From a bacterium (GTDB lineage Bacteria > SAR324 > NAC60-12): a stretch of DNA of 64,000 nt. The position numbers and the translations under genes are program-made. The notes under the pieces are model-generated. The model was given only the letters and a program-made list of their open reading frames with translations, searched no databases and was not told where the DNA came from. The stretch covers positions 352,001 through 416,000 of the forward strand of contig CBDBHR010000030.1 in assembly GCA_965205865.1 (NCBI GenBank), read 5' to 3'. Of this stretch, positions 22,263 to 33,727 are shown one piece after another; the first letter of the stretch is position 1; each line of letters begins with the position of its first letter.

Positions 22263-25200
22263 TTGACAAATCCATTCTACGAACAGCCTGTCCTCAACTC
22301 ACCCTACGAGCGCCCGAGCCGGCATTGGGAACTGGACGATACGGGACAGCCGACCCAGAAGATCAAAGACAGCCGGAGGCGGGCCGAATTCATCACGCCG
22401 ATCCCGAAACCGAAGAAGCAAAAAGGAGCGTCCGTGGAACAACAGGCCCTGGTGCTCGACGAAAGGAAAGGGCTGTCCACCGCCGCGCAGCAATACGATC
22501 AAACGGCGATTATCAGCGGGGTTCGCCGGCAGGTTGACGGGTGGCGGGACAAACCGAATCCGAGCCACTGGCAGGTGACTGCTGAGACTGCCCGTCTGCT
22601 CCAGCACTGGCGGCACCACCGCTTCAGCGGCATACGCCCCTTCTTCTGCCAGATCGAAGCGGTAGAGACCGTCATCTGGCTCACCGAGGTTGCGCCGCGC
22701 GTGGGCCGGGTCGGCAGGGACTTCCTCGACTACCTGGCGAATGTCAACAACGATGCCAATCCACACCTGTCCCGACTAGCGCTTAAGCTGGCGACGGGTG
22801 CCGGAAAGACCACGGTTATGGCCATGTTGATCGCCTGGCAGACCATCAATGCGGTCCGACGTCCTCGCAGTCACAGATTCACGCGTGGTTTCCTCGTAGT
22901 CACACCTGGAATCACCATCAAGGACCGCCTGCGCGTGTTGCAGCCCAATGATCCGGACAGCTATTACCAAAGCCGTGAGTTGGTACCCGGCGACATGCTT
23001 GCCGATCTCGATAAAGCAAAGATCGTCATCACCAATTACCACGCCTTCAAACCGCGTGAGCGCTTGGAACTATCCAAAGGCGGCCGTTCACTTCTCCTGG
23101 GCCGAGGCGAGACTCTGAACACCCTGGAAACCAAGGGACAAATGCTGCAACGGGTCATGCCCGAACTCATGGGAGTCGGCAACATCCTAATCCTTAACGA
23201 TGAAGCGCACCACTGCTATCGCGAAAAACCGGGCGAGGAGCAGGAAGGGTTGCTTACCAGAGATGACAGGAAGGAAGCCCAAAAGAACAAGGAAGCCGCC
23301 CGCCTTTGGATTTCGGGGCTCGAAACAGTCGGCAGCAAGTTGGGTATAAACCGGGTGATGGATCTCTCTGCGACACCTTTCTTCCTGCGTGGCTCGGGCT
23401 ATGCAGAGGGAACGTTGTTTCCCTGGACGATGAACGACTTCTCGCTGATGGATGCCATCGAATGCGGCATCGTCAAACTTCCCCGAGTACCGGTGGCCGA
23501 CAACATCCCGGTGGAGAAATGCCCAGGTTTCGCAATCTCTGGGAACACATACGCGTCGCCATGCCGAAGAAGGGACGGAACCAAGCCGGGCACCTCGATC
23601 CCTTGAGCCTGCCCGTGGAACTCCAGACTGCCTTGGAGGCTCTGTACGGGCATTACCGCAAGACCTTCGAGCTCATGCGGGAAGCGGGCATTGACGTCCC
23701 ACCATGCTTTATTGTGGTCTGCAACAACACCTCCACCTCCAAGCTGGTCTATGACTATATCGCCGGTTTCCACCGTGAGAACGATGATGGTTCCACAGTC
23801 TTCGAAAATGGACGCCTCGAACTGTTTCGTAACTTTGACGAATACGGTAAGCAATATCCGCGGCCTCGCACGTTGCTGATCGACAGCGAACAACTGGAAT
23901 CCGGGGACGCGCTGGACAGGAACTTTCGTGCCATGGCCGCCGGTGAGATCGCACGCTTTCGAAGAGAAATCATCGAGCGCACCGGTGATCGTCACCAGGC
24001 CGAGCGCATCAGCGACCAGGAGTTGCTCCGTGAGGTGATGAACACCGTAGGAAAACCGGGTCGCTTGGGAGATTCGATTCGCTGCGTCGTGTCGGTTTCG
24101 ATGCTTACTGAAGGATGGGATGCCAACACCGTCAGCCACGTGCTGGGCGTGCGCGCTTTCGGCACGCAATTGCTCTGCGAGCAAGTCATCGGCCGCGCTC
24201 TGCGTCGCCAATCCTACGATCTCAACGAAGACGGCCTGTTCGACGTCGAGTACGCGGACGTCTTGGGGATACCCTTCGACTTTACGGCGAAGCCTGTCGT
24301 GGTTACACCAAAGCCACCACGAAAGACGGTGCAGGTGAGAGCCGTACGCCCCGAAAGAGACGCGCTCGAGATCCGTTTCCCTCGGGTGGCCGGCTACCGG
24401 GTGGAATTGCCGGAAGAACGACTCAGCGCCGATTTCAACGAGGACTCTGTGTTGGTACTGACACCGGAACAGGTTGGTCCTTCCATTACCACGAACCAAG
24501 GGATTATTGGTGAAGGTGTCGACCTCGATCTGCTTCACACCAACGACCTGCGACGCACGACCCTGCTCTTTTTTCTGACCAAGCGGCTGCTCTACACGAA
24601 ATGGCGCGACCCGCATGAAAAACCCAAGCTTCATCTCTTCGGACAACTCAAGAGCATCACCAGACAGTGGCTCGATGACTGTCTCGTCTGCAAGGGCGAC
24701 ACCTACCCTGCCCAACTCATGTACCAGGAACTGGCCGACGTGGCCTGCGAGCGTATTACGGCAGCCATCACGCGAGCGGAAATCGACAGGCGTCCCGTCA
24801 AGGCTGTCCTTGATCCATTCAACCCTTTCGGTTCCACGATCCATGTCAACTTCAACACGACAAAGATCAGCCGTTACGAGACCGATTCCCGCTGCTGCCA
24901 CGTCAACTGGGTCGTCCTCGACAGCGATTGGGAAGCGGAATTTTGCCGCGTCAGCGAATCCCATCCTCGTGTCAAAGCCTACGTCAAGAACCACAATCTC
25001 GGTTTCGAGGTCCCTTACCGTCACGCCTCCGTAACGCGGACGTACCTACCGGATTTTATCGTCCTCGTCGACGATGGCCATGGAGAGGACGATCTCCTGC
25101 ATCTCATCGTCGAAATCAAGGGCTATCGAAGGGAGGACGCCAAAGAGAAGAAAACCACTATGGACGTCTATTGGGTGCCCGGCGTGAACAATCACCGCCG

Positions 25201-25300
25201 CTACGGCCGCTGGGCCTTTGCCGAGTTCACGGACGTCTATGAGATCCAACGGGAATTCAACGAGTTGCTCGCGGCGCGAATAAGGCAAGGGCAGTTATGA
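22263..25300 (+). pseudogene. res: Type III restriction-modification Res subunit (SF2 helicase + PD-(D/E)XK), one base missing near 23510 (real or sequencing error)
   Basis: KLATGAGKT, NDEAHHCY, DLSATPF in frame 1; SMLTEGWDA, CEQVIGRALRR, YLPDF...VEIKG in frame 2. Adding one base at ATCCCGGTGGA restores VADNIPGGEMPRFRNLW. Confidence 0.88.
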
Positions 25301-25327
25301 TGGATACATCCGATCAAAGGTTGTAGA

Positions 25328-25705
25328 ATGAACAAGCAAAGACAGACACAGGAAGCGCAGATTTACCGGAACCGTATTGAAGTCTTACGCAACTATGCTG
25401 CGCTTGATAGTTTCTCGGTGAACGAGGAATCCGAGAAGGACTTCTGGTTATTTGTTGGCTCAATATCCTTCCCGAAAAAAGCAGGATTGGCACTTATGGA
25501 CAATGGCAACCTGCGCGCCATCTGGAATGGGGAGGGTGGCAGCCAACTTGGACTTCAATTTCTCGGCCACCAATTGGTACAGTATGTTATTTTCAAACGA
25601 TGCCAGGTTACCGGAGATGTTTCTCGGGTGGCAGGTCGCGAGACGCTGGAGAGGATCAAGAGTCGGATTCACGCTTTCGATCTCACAGCGCTGATGGAGA
25701 TATGA
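25328..25705 (+). CDS. Hypothetical protein between res and mod
   Basis: 125-aa ORF co-oriented within the operon; no family recognised. Confidence 0.65.
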   Translation: MNKQRQTQEAQIYRNRIEVLRNYAALDSFSVNEESEKDFWLFVGSISFPKKAGLALMDNGNLRAIWNGEGGSQLGLQFLGHQLVQYVIFKRCQVTGDVSRVAGRETLERIKSRIHAFDLTALMEI

Positions 25706-25712
25706 CAAAGGT

Positions 25713-26909
25713 ATGCCCATGCATGAATTTCAGACGGATTTGACCTTTCTGGTTGAGAATCTGGGCAGCATCAACAAGGGAGAGTTCGTACAACGACCGC
25801 TCACTGTTTTTTGCGGACCCAACAACGCAGGTAAAACCTGGACCCTGTATTCATTATACTATTCATATAGTTGTCTACTGAACATCTTAAAAGATAAAGA
25901 GGAGAGTAATAATCATTGGAATCTGGATGAATTCAACAAGAGCGTGTCATCCAGGCTCGCGAATTTTGTATTCAATACCTCCTCCAAACAGCTGAAAACC
26001 GCAAAATTCCATCTTAAAACCAGTATGGACTGGCAAAGTATTATTAAGTACACGCCTAAAACCGATATTTTCCTGATGCCCGCGGAGCGCAACGGTCTTC
26101 ACTTATTTTTTCGTGAGCTCAGTACGCGACGCACGGCTTTATTGCACCATGCTTCCCGGGAAAAGATCAATATCTCAGAGTTACTGCGTGATGTTATTCT
26201 CTCACGCTATGCTCTTCCGATCGCTGATTACATCGATTGGTTAAACAGCCTGGTGGAAACTCAACGCTCAGGGACAGGTGATTTTCACGACTTCGCTGAA
26301 CGGTTGAAAAAAGATCTGGCAGGCGGAGCCTACAAGGTCGATGCTCGCACAGGCGGCATTGAATTCAAACCCTACCAACTCAAGCGCGATGGCGTAAGAA
26401 CCCCTTCAATGGGTTTACACATGACTTCCGGTGCGGTAAAAAGTCTTTTCGGACTGTGGTTTTACCTGGAACATCAGGCATGCGAAGGAGACGTCCTGAT
26501 GATCGATGAGCCGGAATTGAATATTCATCCCGATAACCAGCGTAAAATTTCCCGCTTGCTGGCAAAACTTGTGAATGCCGGATTGAACGTTGTCATCAGT
26601 ACCCACAGTGATTATATGGTGCGTGAATTCAACTCGTTAATCATGTTAAGCCGGGACAATGATAAGACATTACGGAAAAAACACGGGTACGACGATGATG
26701 AGATTCTGAAACCCGAACAGGTCGGCGCTTTTCTCTTCGAACAGCAAACTATTAATTCCTTTAAACTCACGGCGGAAGACGGCATCTATGCAACGACCTT
26801 TGACGAAGTCATTAAGGCTGTAAATGAAGTGAATGATGACATTTACTACAGCCTTCAAGAGAAAAAAGATGAGCAAAAAGCAAAATGTCACATCGGTGAA
26901 TCTCAGTGA
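25713..26909 (+). CDS. ABC-type ATPase (AAA_15/AAA_21-like), defence-associated
   Basis: Walker A GPNNAGKT, PAERNG, signature-like TSGAVKS, Walker B/D-loop IDEPELNIHP, H-loop STHS. Confidence 0.88.
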   Translation: MPMHEFQTDLTFLVENLGSINKGEFVQRPLTVFCGPNNAGKTWTLYSLYYSYSCLLNILKDKEESNNHWNLDEFNKSVSSRLANFVFNTSSKQLKTAKFHLKTSMDWQSIIKYTPKTDIFLMPAERNGLHLFFRELSTRRTALLHHASREKINISELLRDVILSRYALPIADYIDWLNSLVETQRSGTGDFHDFAERLKKDLAGGAYKVDARTGGIEFKPYQLKRDGVRTPSMGLHMTSGAVKSLFGLWFYLEHQACEGDVLMIDEPELNIHPDNQRKISRLLAKLVNAGLNVVISTHSDYMVREFNSLIMLSRDNDKTLRKKHGYDDDEILKPEQVGAFLFEQQTINSFKLTAEDGIYATTFDEVIKAVNEVNDDIYYSLQEKKDEQKAKCHIGESQ

Positions 26910-26976
26910 TCTTATCCGGGCTATATCCTGAAAATTTTACTGACCGGCAACAAGAATCATCGCATAACAGAGAACA

Positions 26977-29877
26977 ATGGCCAGAAAGTCCAAACCGAAG
27001 AAACAAGTGGGAAGCTTCACTCACGGTGAGGCTTCGCGGAAGAACATCCCCACTGCCGAGTACCAGGCCGTGATGGAGAGGGACGAACGCAGTCCGGTGC
27101 GGGTCGCCTATCAACGCCGCAACCGCGACCTCGATCCCCAACTCGTCTGGCGGGGCAAGGACGAACAAGACGCGTCGGACCTTCTCGTGCAGGCGCCACC
27201 GCTCTTTATTCAGGAAAAAGTCCACCCCAAAGTGCTGGTCGACGACCTGGTACGCCACAGCAAGGAAACGGGAACATCTTCTCAACTCGACCTCTTTGCC
27301 GATTTCAATGGGCTGCCGGATGAAGACGCCCGCACCGAGTTCTACCAGCACGACGCCAACTGGTCCAATCGCATGATCCTCGGAGACAGTTTGCAGGTGA
27401 TGGCCTCCCTCGCCGAGCGCGAAGGACTGCGGGGCAAGGTGCAGTGCATCTACATAGACCCACCCTACGGCATCAAGTTCAACTCCAACTTCCAGTGGTC
27501 CACCACCAGCCGGGACGTCAAGGACGGCAACGCCACCCATATCACCCGTGAACCGGAACAGGTCAAGGCCTTCCGCGACACCTGGCGCGACGGCATTCAC
27601 TCCTACCTGACGTACCTGCGGGATCGCCTGACCGTGGCGCGAGATCTGCTCACGGAAAGTGGTTCGATCTTTGTACAGATCGGAGATGAAAACGTGCACC
27701 GGGTACGAGTTCTGATGGATGAGGTGTTTGGGGAGGAAAATTTCATCTCGGAAATCGTGTATGTGAAAACGAGCAATCAAACTTCGAAATTCATCGGGAA
27801 TGCTGCCGACATTTTGCTGTTATACGCAAAGAGCAAAGAGCATCTAAAATATCGGCAGTTGTATTCGCACAAATCATTTTTTGGAGACAAAGCGTATCGA
27901 AAAGTAGAACTGGAAAATGGCATGAGAAGGAATCTGACAAAGGACGAGTCATCACTTACCGCGCCGTTGCCAAAAAGTGCAAGAGTATATCGATTGAGCG
28001 GAACGAGTTCGGCCACAGGGTCAGAAACATCGCGAAAAGGTTTTGAGTTTGAAGGAAAAATATATCGTCCCGAAAGGTCACGCGGCTGGTCAACTAGCAT
28101 GAATGGATTGGGGAAATTGGTGTTAGCGAATCGCCTGACGTCTTTAAGAGACACACTTGGATATATTAGATATCTAGATGATTTTCCCGTTGCACCGGCT
28201 AACAATGTTTGGACGGAGTTTGGTAGTTCAGTTGGTGATAAAAATTATGTTGTTCAGACCCATCCGATGGCCATTGCCCAATGCATCTTGATGACCACCG
28301 ATCCTGGCGATCTTGTGTTGGACCCAACCTGTGGTTCCGGCACCACCGCGTACGTTGCCGAGCGATGGGGGCGTCGTTGGGTCACCATCGACACGTCCCG
28401 CGTGGCATTGGCGCTGGCCCGTGCTCGTATCATGGGTGCCCGCTATCCTTACTATCTTCTCTCCGACAGCCCGGAGGGACAAATCAAGGAAGCAGAACTC
28501 GCGGGTGATGTGGACTATGGCGCAATAGAAAACTTCAAGAGAGCACAGTCTGACGAGATGATATCCCGCGAAAAAGAGGAAGTCTTGTTGAACGATGGCC
28601 TGCCCGTGGAACCCCCGACTTACCGGAACATCCGCCAGGGTTTCGTCTACGAACGCGTCCCCCACATCACCCTCAAGTCCATTGCCAACAACGCCGAGAT
28701 CGACGTAATCTGGGAGAGGTTTCAGGAGACATTGGAACCGCTGCGCAATCAATTGAACCACACACTTGGCATGGAGTGGGAGGAGTGGGAAATCTCCCGC
28801 GAGAGCAAGGGTGAATGGCCGTCAGTGGCGAAGACCTTGCACGCCGATTGGTGGAAACAACGTATCGCCCGGCAGAAAATGATCGACGCCTCCATCGCCG
28901 CCAATGCCGACTACGAATACCTCTACGACAAGCCCTACGAGGTCAAGAGGACGGTACGGGTAGCCGGACCATTTACGGTGGAAAGTCTGTCCCCGCACCG
29001 CGTCTTGTACGTCGGTGAGGATGACGAACTGATTGACCCTACTGCGCAAGACAGGGTTGGCGATGGGAAGCAGCAGGATTTCGCGCAAGTGATTCTGGAG
29101 CACCTCAAGACATCCGGAGTCCAGCAATCACATAAAGAGGACCGCATCTCCTTCTCCGGGATCAGACCCTGGCCCGGCGATCTCGTCTGCGCGGAAGGAA
29201 CTTATATCGAAGGGGTGGCCGACTCCGAATCGTCTTTAGACGACGTGAAGGCAGGCGTCGAGAAGCGCGCTGCCATCTTCATCGGCCCCGAATTTGGCAC
29301 CGTCTCTCGTCCCGATCTCGCGAAAGCCGCCCGCGAATCCGCAGAGGCGGGTTTCGACGTGCTGGTTGCCTGCGCTTTCAATTACGAAGCCCACGCTTCC
29401 GAGTTCAACAGACTGGGGCGCATTCCCATCCTCAAAGCCCGCATGAACGCTGATCTCCACATGGCGGACGATCTCAAGAACACGGGAAAAGGCAACCTCT
29501 TCGTCATCTTCGGTGAACCCGACATCGATCTCCTCGACGCGGGTGACGGTCAACTCCGGGTCAAGGTCAATGGGGTGGACGTCTTCCATCCCAACACCGG
29601 CGAGATTCGCAGTGACGGCGCAGATGGTATCGCCTGTTGGTTCATCGACACCGACTACAACGAGGAGAGCTTCTTCGTGCGGCACGCCTACTTCCTTGGC
29701 GCCAACGATCCATACAAGGCCCTCAAGACGACGCTCAAAGCCGATATCAACCGGGAAGCCTGGGAAACGCTCCACAGCGACACTTCCCGCCCCTTTCCCA
29801 AACCCCAATCCGGCCGTATCGCCGTCAAAGTCATCAACCACCTCGGCGACGAGGTCATGAAAGTCTTCCGAGTGTAA
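26977..29877 (+). CDS. mod: Type III R-M Mod subunit (amino-DNA methyltransferase, beta class)
   Basis: YIDPPYG precedes LDPTCGSGTT, with an AT-richer target recognition domain between them. Confidence 0.93.
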   Translation: MARKSKPKKQVGSFTHGEASRKNIPTAEYQAVMERDERSPVRVAYQRRNRDLDPQLVWRGKDEQDASDLLVQAPPLFIQEKVHPKVLVDDLVRHSKETGTSSQLDLFADFNGLPDEDARTEFYQHDANWSNRMILGDSLQVMASLAEREGLRGKVQCIYIDPPYGIKFNSNFQWSTTSRDVKDGNATHITREPEQVKAFRDTWRDGIHSYLTYLRDRLTVARDLLTESGSIFVQIGDENVHRVRVLMDEVFGEENFISEIVYVKTSNQTSKFIGNAADILLLYAKSKEHLKYRQLYSHKSFFGDKAYRKVELENGMRRNLTKDESSLTAPLPKSARVYRLSGTSSATGSETSRKGFEFEGKIYRPERSRGWSTSMNGLGKLVLANRLTSLRDTLGYIRYLDDFPVAPANNVWTEFGSSVGDKNYVVQTHPMAIAQCILMTTDPGDLVLDPTCGSGTTAYVAERWGRRWVTIDTSRVALALARARIMGARYPYYLLSDSPEGQIKEAELAGDVDYGAIENFKRAQSDEMISREKEEVLLNDGLPVEPPTYRNIRQGFVYERVPHITLKSIANNAEIDVIWERFQETLEPLRNQLNHTLGMEWEEWEISRESKGEWPSVAKTLHADWWKQRIARQKMIDASIAANADYEYLYDKPYEVKRTVRVAGPFTVESLSPHRVLYVGEDDELIDPTAQDRVGDGKQQDFAQVILEHLKTSGVQQSHKEDRISFSGIRPWPGDLVCAEGTYIEGVADSESSLDDVKAGVEKRAAIFIGPEFGTVSRPDLAKAARESAEAGFDVLVACAFNYEAHASEFNRLGRIPILKARMNADLHMADDLKNTGKGNLFVIFGEPDIDLLDAGDGQLRVKVNGVDVFHPNTGEIRSDGADGIACWFIDTDYNEESFFVRHAYFLGANDPYKALKTTLKADINREAWETLHSDTSRPFPKPQSGRIAVKVINHLGDEVMKVFRV

Positions 29878-29891
29878 GGTATTACGCAATC

Positions 29892-32800
29892 ATGTCTGTT
29901 CCCGATCAAAGCCATATAAACCGAGTTCGCGACGCGCTCTGGCAACGTACAGGGGATGCGTCCGTCATGGTTGGGAGTGGCTTCAGCAGAAGTGCTCTGG
30001 AAGTACGACCGGATACAGGCAAGCCTTTGACGTGGCGCGCACTGGCAAGACAAATGTCCCACAAACTGTATCCACAATCCGGTGACAGAAGTCGGAGCAA
30101 CGCGAGTACGGAAATGTCGGCAACTGATGATCTTCTGAGGCTGGCTCAAGAGTATGAGACCGCATTCGGAAAGAGCGATTTGCACCGTTTCCTGGGGAAA
30201 TTGATTCGGAACGACGATTTCAAGCCTGGAGAGTGGCATAAACGGCTGATGCAGCTTCCCTGGCGCGACGTGTTCACTACGAATTGGGACACTCTTTTGG
30301 AGCGAACGCAACCTCTCGTCGCGGACCGTGCTTACAGCGTCGTCCGCAATATGGATGAAATCCCACTGGCAAAGGGACCACGTATCGTCAAATTGCACGG
30401 GTCGTTTCCCACGCATTTCCCGCTTATCTTCACGGAAGAAGACTACCGTACCTACCCGAAGAAATTCGCCCCATTCGTAAACACGGTGCAGCAGTTGATG
30501 ATGGAAACCGTTTTCTGTCTGATCGGATTCTCGGGTGATGATCCGAATTTCCTGCAATGGTCGGGATGGGTACGCGATAACTTGGGTGAGGCCGCACCGA
30601 AGATATACTTGGCCGGATGGTTGGACTTGTCCCATCACCGGCGCCGCATGCTTGAAGATCGCAACGTCGTCCCCATAGACCTTGCTCGTCATCCCAAAGC
30701 GGGCAAGTGGCCGGAGCAATTGCATCACCACTATGCAATGGAATGGATTCTGCGCACGCTGGAACAAGGACGCCCATACGATGTCACGGAATGGCCTGCG
30801 TCGACAAGACAGCAATATGCGCCAATACCCGATTACCTTCACCCTGTGGAGACGGTAGAATCCACAGTACCCAAAGATGAACCGCAAAAGCTACCTGAGA
30901 TTGAGTCCGGAGACCTGCCGGATCGTGTGAGTGATACGCTCGAGGCATGGGCTCACAACAGGGAAATCTATCCGGGTTGGCTGGTGGTTCCTGCTAACAA
31001 GCGACAGGTATTGAGTAGGAATACCCAAGATTGGGAATCACTCATCCTACGAGTTCTCCCAGACTTTGCTCCGGTGGAACGGCTGCAGGCCATTTGGGAA
31101 TTGGTATGGCGTCATGAAATTCTGCTCGAACGAATCTCTTCTGAACTCGAGTCAGCGGCGGTGACGACACTTGATCTGATAGATTGCGAAGCTCGCACAG
31201 TTGACGGTCTAGTGGATCCCAAGATTGGATGGTCAAGCGTTAGAGAGGCTTGGCGAAGCATTGCGATGGTACTCGTGACGGTGGCCCGCCACCGTTTTGA
31301 TCGTGGCCTGTTCGATCAGCGGATCAAATTGTTATCACCTTTTCTTGATGATGATCCGTACGTTGCCCTCCGGGTTTATCACGAGCGGTGTCTCTGGGCG
31401 GTTTATTCAATGGACCTCAAAGCGCTGGAAGGTTTACTCGAGGACTGGAGGACCGAAAACTGCGACCCGGCCTGGATGATTAGAAAGGCAGCCATCCTCG
31501 TCGAAATGGGTTGGGATGACAAATCGACAGAGTTAATTGACCACGCGCTTGATACGATCCGTCAGATCCCTGCTGATGAGCGTAGCGTAGCTGGCCCATC
31601 ACGAGAAGGGTGGGCATTGTATTCGAAACAACGAATTGGAAACTGGGATATGCTTTCCAGGAGATGGGCTGAACTGGCACCTCTGAAGTGTGATGCCTCA
31701 ATGGAAATGCACCATGTCTCGAATGCTATAAGAAACATAAGAGATAACAGAGAAACGAGCACTACACAAACTTTTGATCTTGGAACACAGAGCACTAGCT
31801 GGAATATTATCAGTGCCGATTCCCAGGCTGCTGTTTACAGCGCCATTCGATTATGCGAAGTAGCCGGATTGCCCCCCTTTATCAATCAAATTATCATTGC
31901 GTCAGATATCTTGCAGTCTGCCGCGGAAAAACTGTCTGTGTCGGATACGGAGATGGCCATCCGCCTGGTACTCCGACTCTCGAAAACGGGAAATATGCTC
32001 GAATATGCTATTTCACGAACCCGTGTGGCTGCATTACCAGTGAAATCGGTAAATACATTGGTAGAGATTTGTAAAGGTGTGATCGAGTACGCGCTACCTC
32101 GGATGGCTAGGGTGAGCGTTAATACGCGTGACGTGTTCTGGACCGGGCGAATGCGTGTCGCAATGGAGGTGCTGTCCCGTCTCGTCCTGCGCTTGTCCTC
32201 CGATTCGGCGGAAGTCATATTTGATAAGACATTGGAGTATTATCAAAATCATCAAATTGCGAGAGATCGCTGGTTGACCGACTCTGTACGTAACCTCTTG
32301 AAACGTTCCTGGGAAGCTCTTCCGAAAGATCGCCGGCGTTGTCGTGTTCTCGACCTGGTAAACGCTCCGATTGTAGGAATGGACAACTTTACAGTGATTG
32401 ACGAAAACTACCCTGATCCAGGGGAATTGCTGCACGATGATGACGAACTCTCTCCGCTGCCCCGTACTTCCGACAATGAGGTACTCTGGCAACAAGTGAC
32501 CAGTTTGCTGATACGTGGCTTGCGTGCTGGTGACGAAGCACGTGAGCGGGCATTCGGAAGGATCGCATATGTGGCCCTGTGGGACCAACTGACTGAAACC
32601 GAGAGATCCGATATCGCCTTGGCCCTCTGGAGCGGGCGGCACATTGCTCATAGCGTTCTACCCGACCAGACTCGAATTCTGGACTGGGTCTTCCTCTTGC
32701 TGCCCGAACCAGAGCCTGGTTTGGCGGAACAGCGCTTCCGTCGAAAATGGCTGACCAACAACGAACCGCAAGAAAATAAATCGAGTCCCGATGATATTCT

Positions 32801-33660
32801 CTGGCAAGTCGGGAACGCCTTATTGAGTCTGAGAGTTCACAGGTATCCGCTGAATTTGTCCGATGACGAACGGTGTTTCCTTATCAGAGTCGTCGATCAG
32901 TGGTCAGACATTACGATACCAAGTAATTCCTTCGGTCCGATGGAAATCCAGATTCGCCAACCCACTCGCATGGCGATTTTTGGTCTGGCATCGGTTCTTC
33001 TGGAAATCAATATTCCGGAGTCTGTTGGTGAAAAGCTCTATGAAAAGGTTAAGGCTTTGAACAATTCCGGCCTTCCTGCTTTCAGGCTCATAGCCGGTCT
33101 TGTCAAGACATTACCGATTCGCTTTGACGAACTAGTCTTACTGATGAGAATGGGATTGGTGTCTGACAATACCACGCAGGGCAAAGACGCGGTAGTAGGA
33201 TTACATTTTTGGTTGCGGACAACTACCGAAACAGCTCCACGGTTACGCCTACCCCCAGACGACCTGATTCGTGAAATCGGCATAATGATAGCTACCCGCA
33301 GGAAAGCAGCGCTCCAACAGGCTCTGGATGTAGCTAAATGGATGTTTGAAAAGGGAAGCGATTCACAAAAGGAAATAATTCGCCCTTTGGCGTTACAAGG
33401 TCTGGGTTATCTGGTCGAGGAATTACGATACGACAGAGAGCATGAGCAGGACGACAACACGCCTCGATGTGCCGTTGCTGCGGTGCGCAGTGCAAAAGGA
33501 AATAATTCGACTTGCCCAATCAATGGCAACGATGGGTCTCGATGACCCCACCGTTGCCAGTTGGTTGAAGCTCATCGAAGAAGACCCATTGCCCGAAGTG
33601 CGACACGTGAAAGACCCGATTCGAGTACGTCAACGCGAGGCATCCCTACCTGGAGAATGA
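29892..33660 (+). CDS. Large SIR2-domain protein (putative anti-phage NADase), frameshift near 33460
   Basis: ATG 29892; VGSGFS, TTNWDTLLE, KLHGS, IGFSGDDPNF, then a ~950-aa probably helical region. The C-terminus (DVPLLR...DPLPEVR) lies in another frame ending at 33660. Confidence 0.85.
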
Positions 33661-33727
33661 CGTTATAGCTCCCGCGTCAAGGGAAAGTGATACAATTGAA
33701 AATCATCTTGAATACAGGAGATTCGCA

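Noticed and set aside
23505-23515. res frameshift as programmed recoding or phase variation
   Set aside because: Only a CCC/GG run, with no slippery heptamer or long repeat tract; sequencing error or ordinary mutation is more likely.
23399-25024. 541-aa minus-strand ORF (similarly 26812-27780 and 29688-30887)
   Set aside because: Antisense to GC-rich res/mod/SIR2 genes; no motifs of their own.
29637-29891. 85-aa N-terminal extension of the SIR2 ORF
   Set aside because: Overlaps the mod 3' end in another frame; ATG 29892 is the sensible start.
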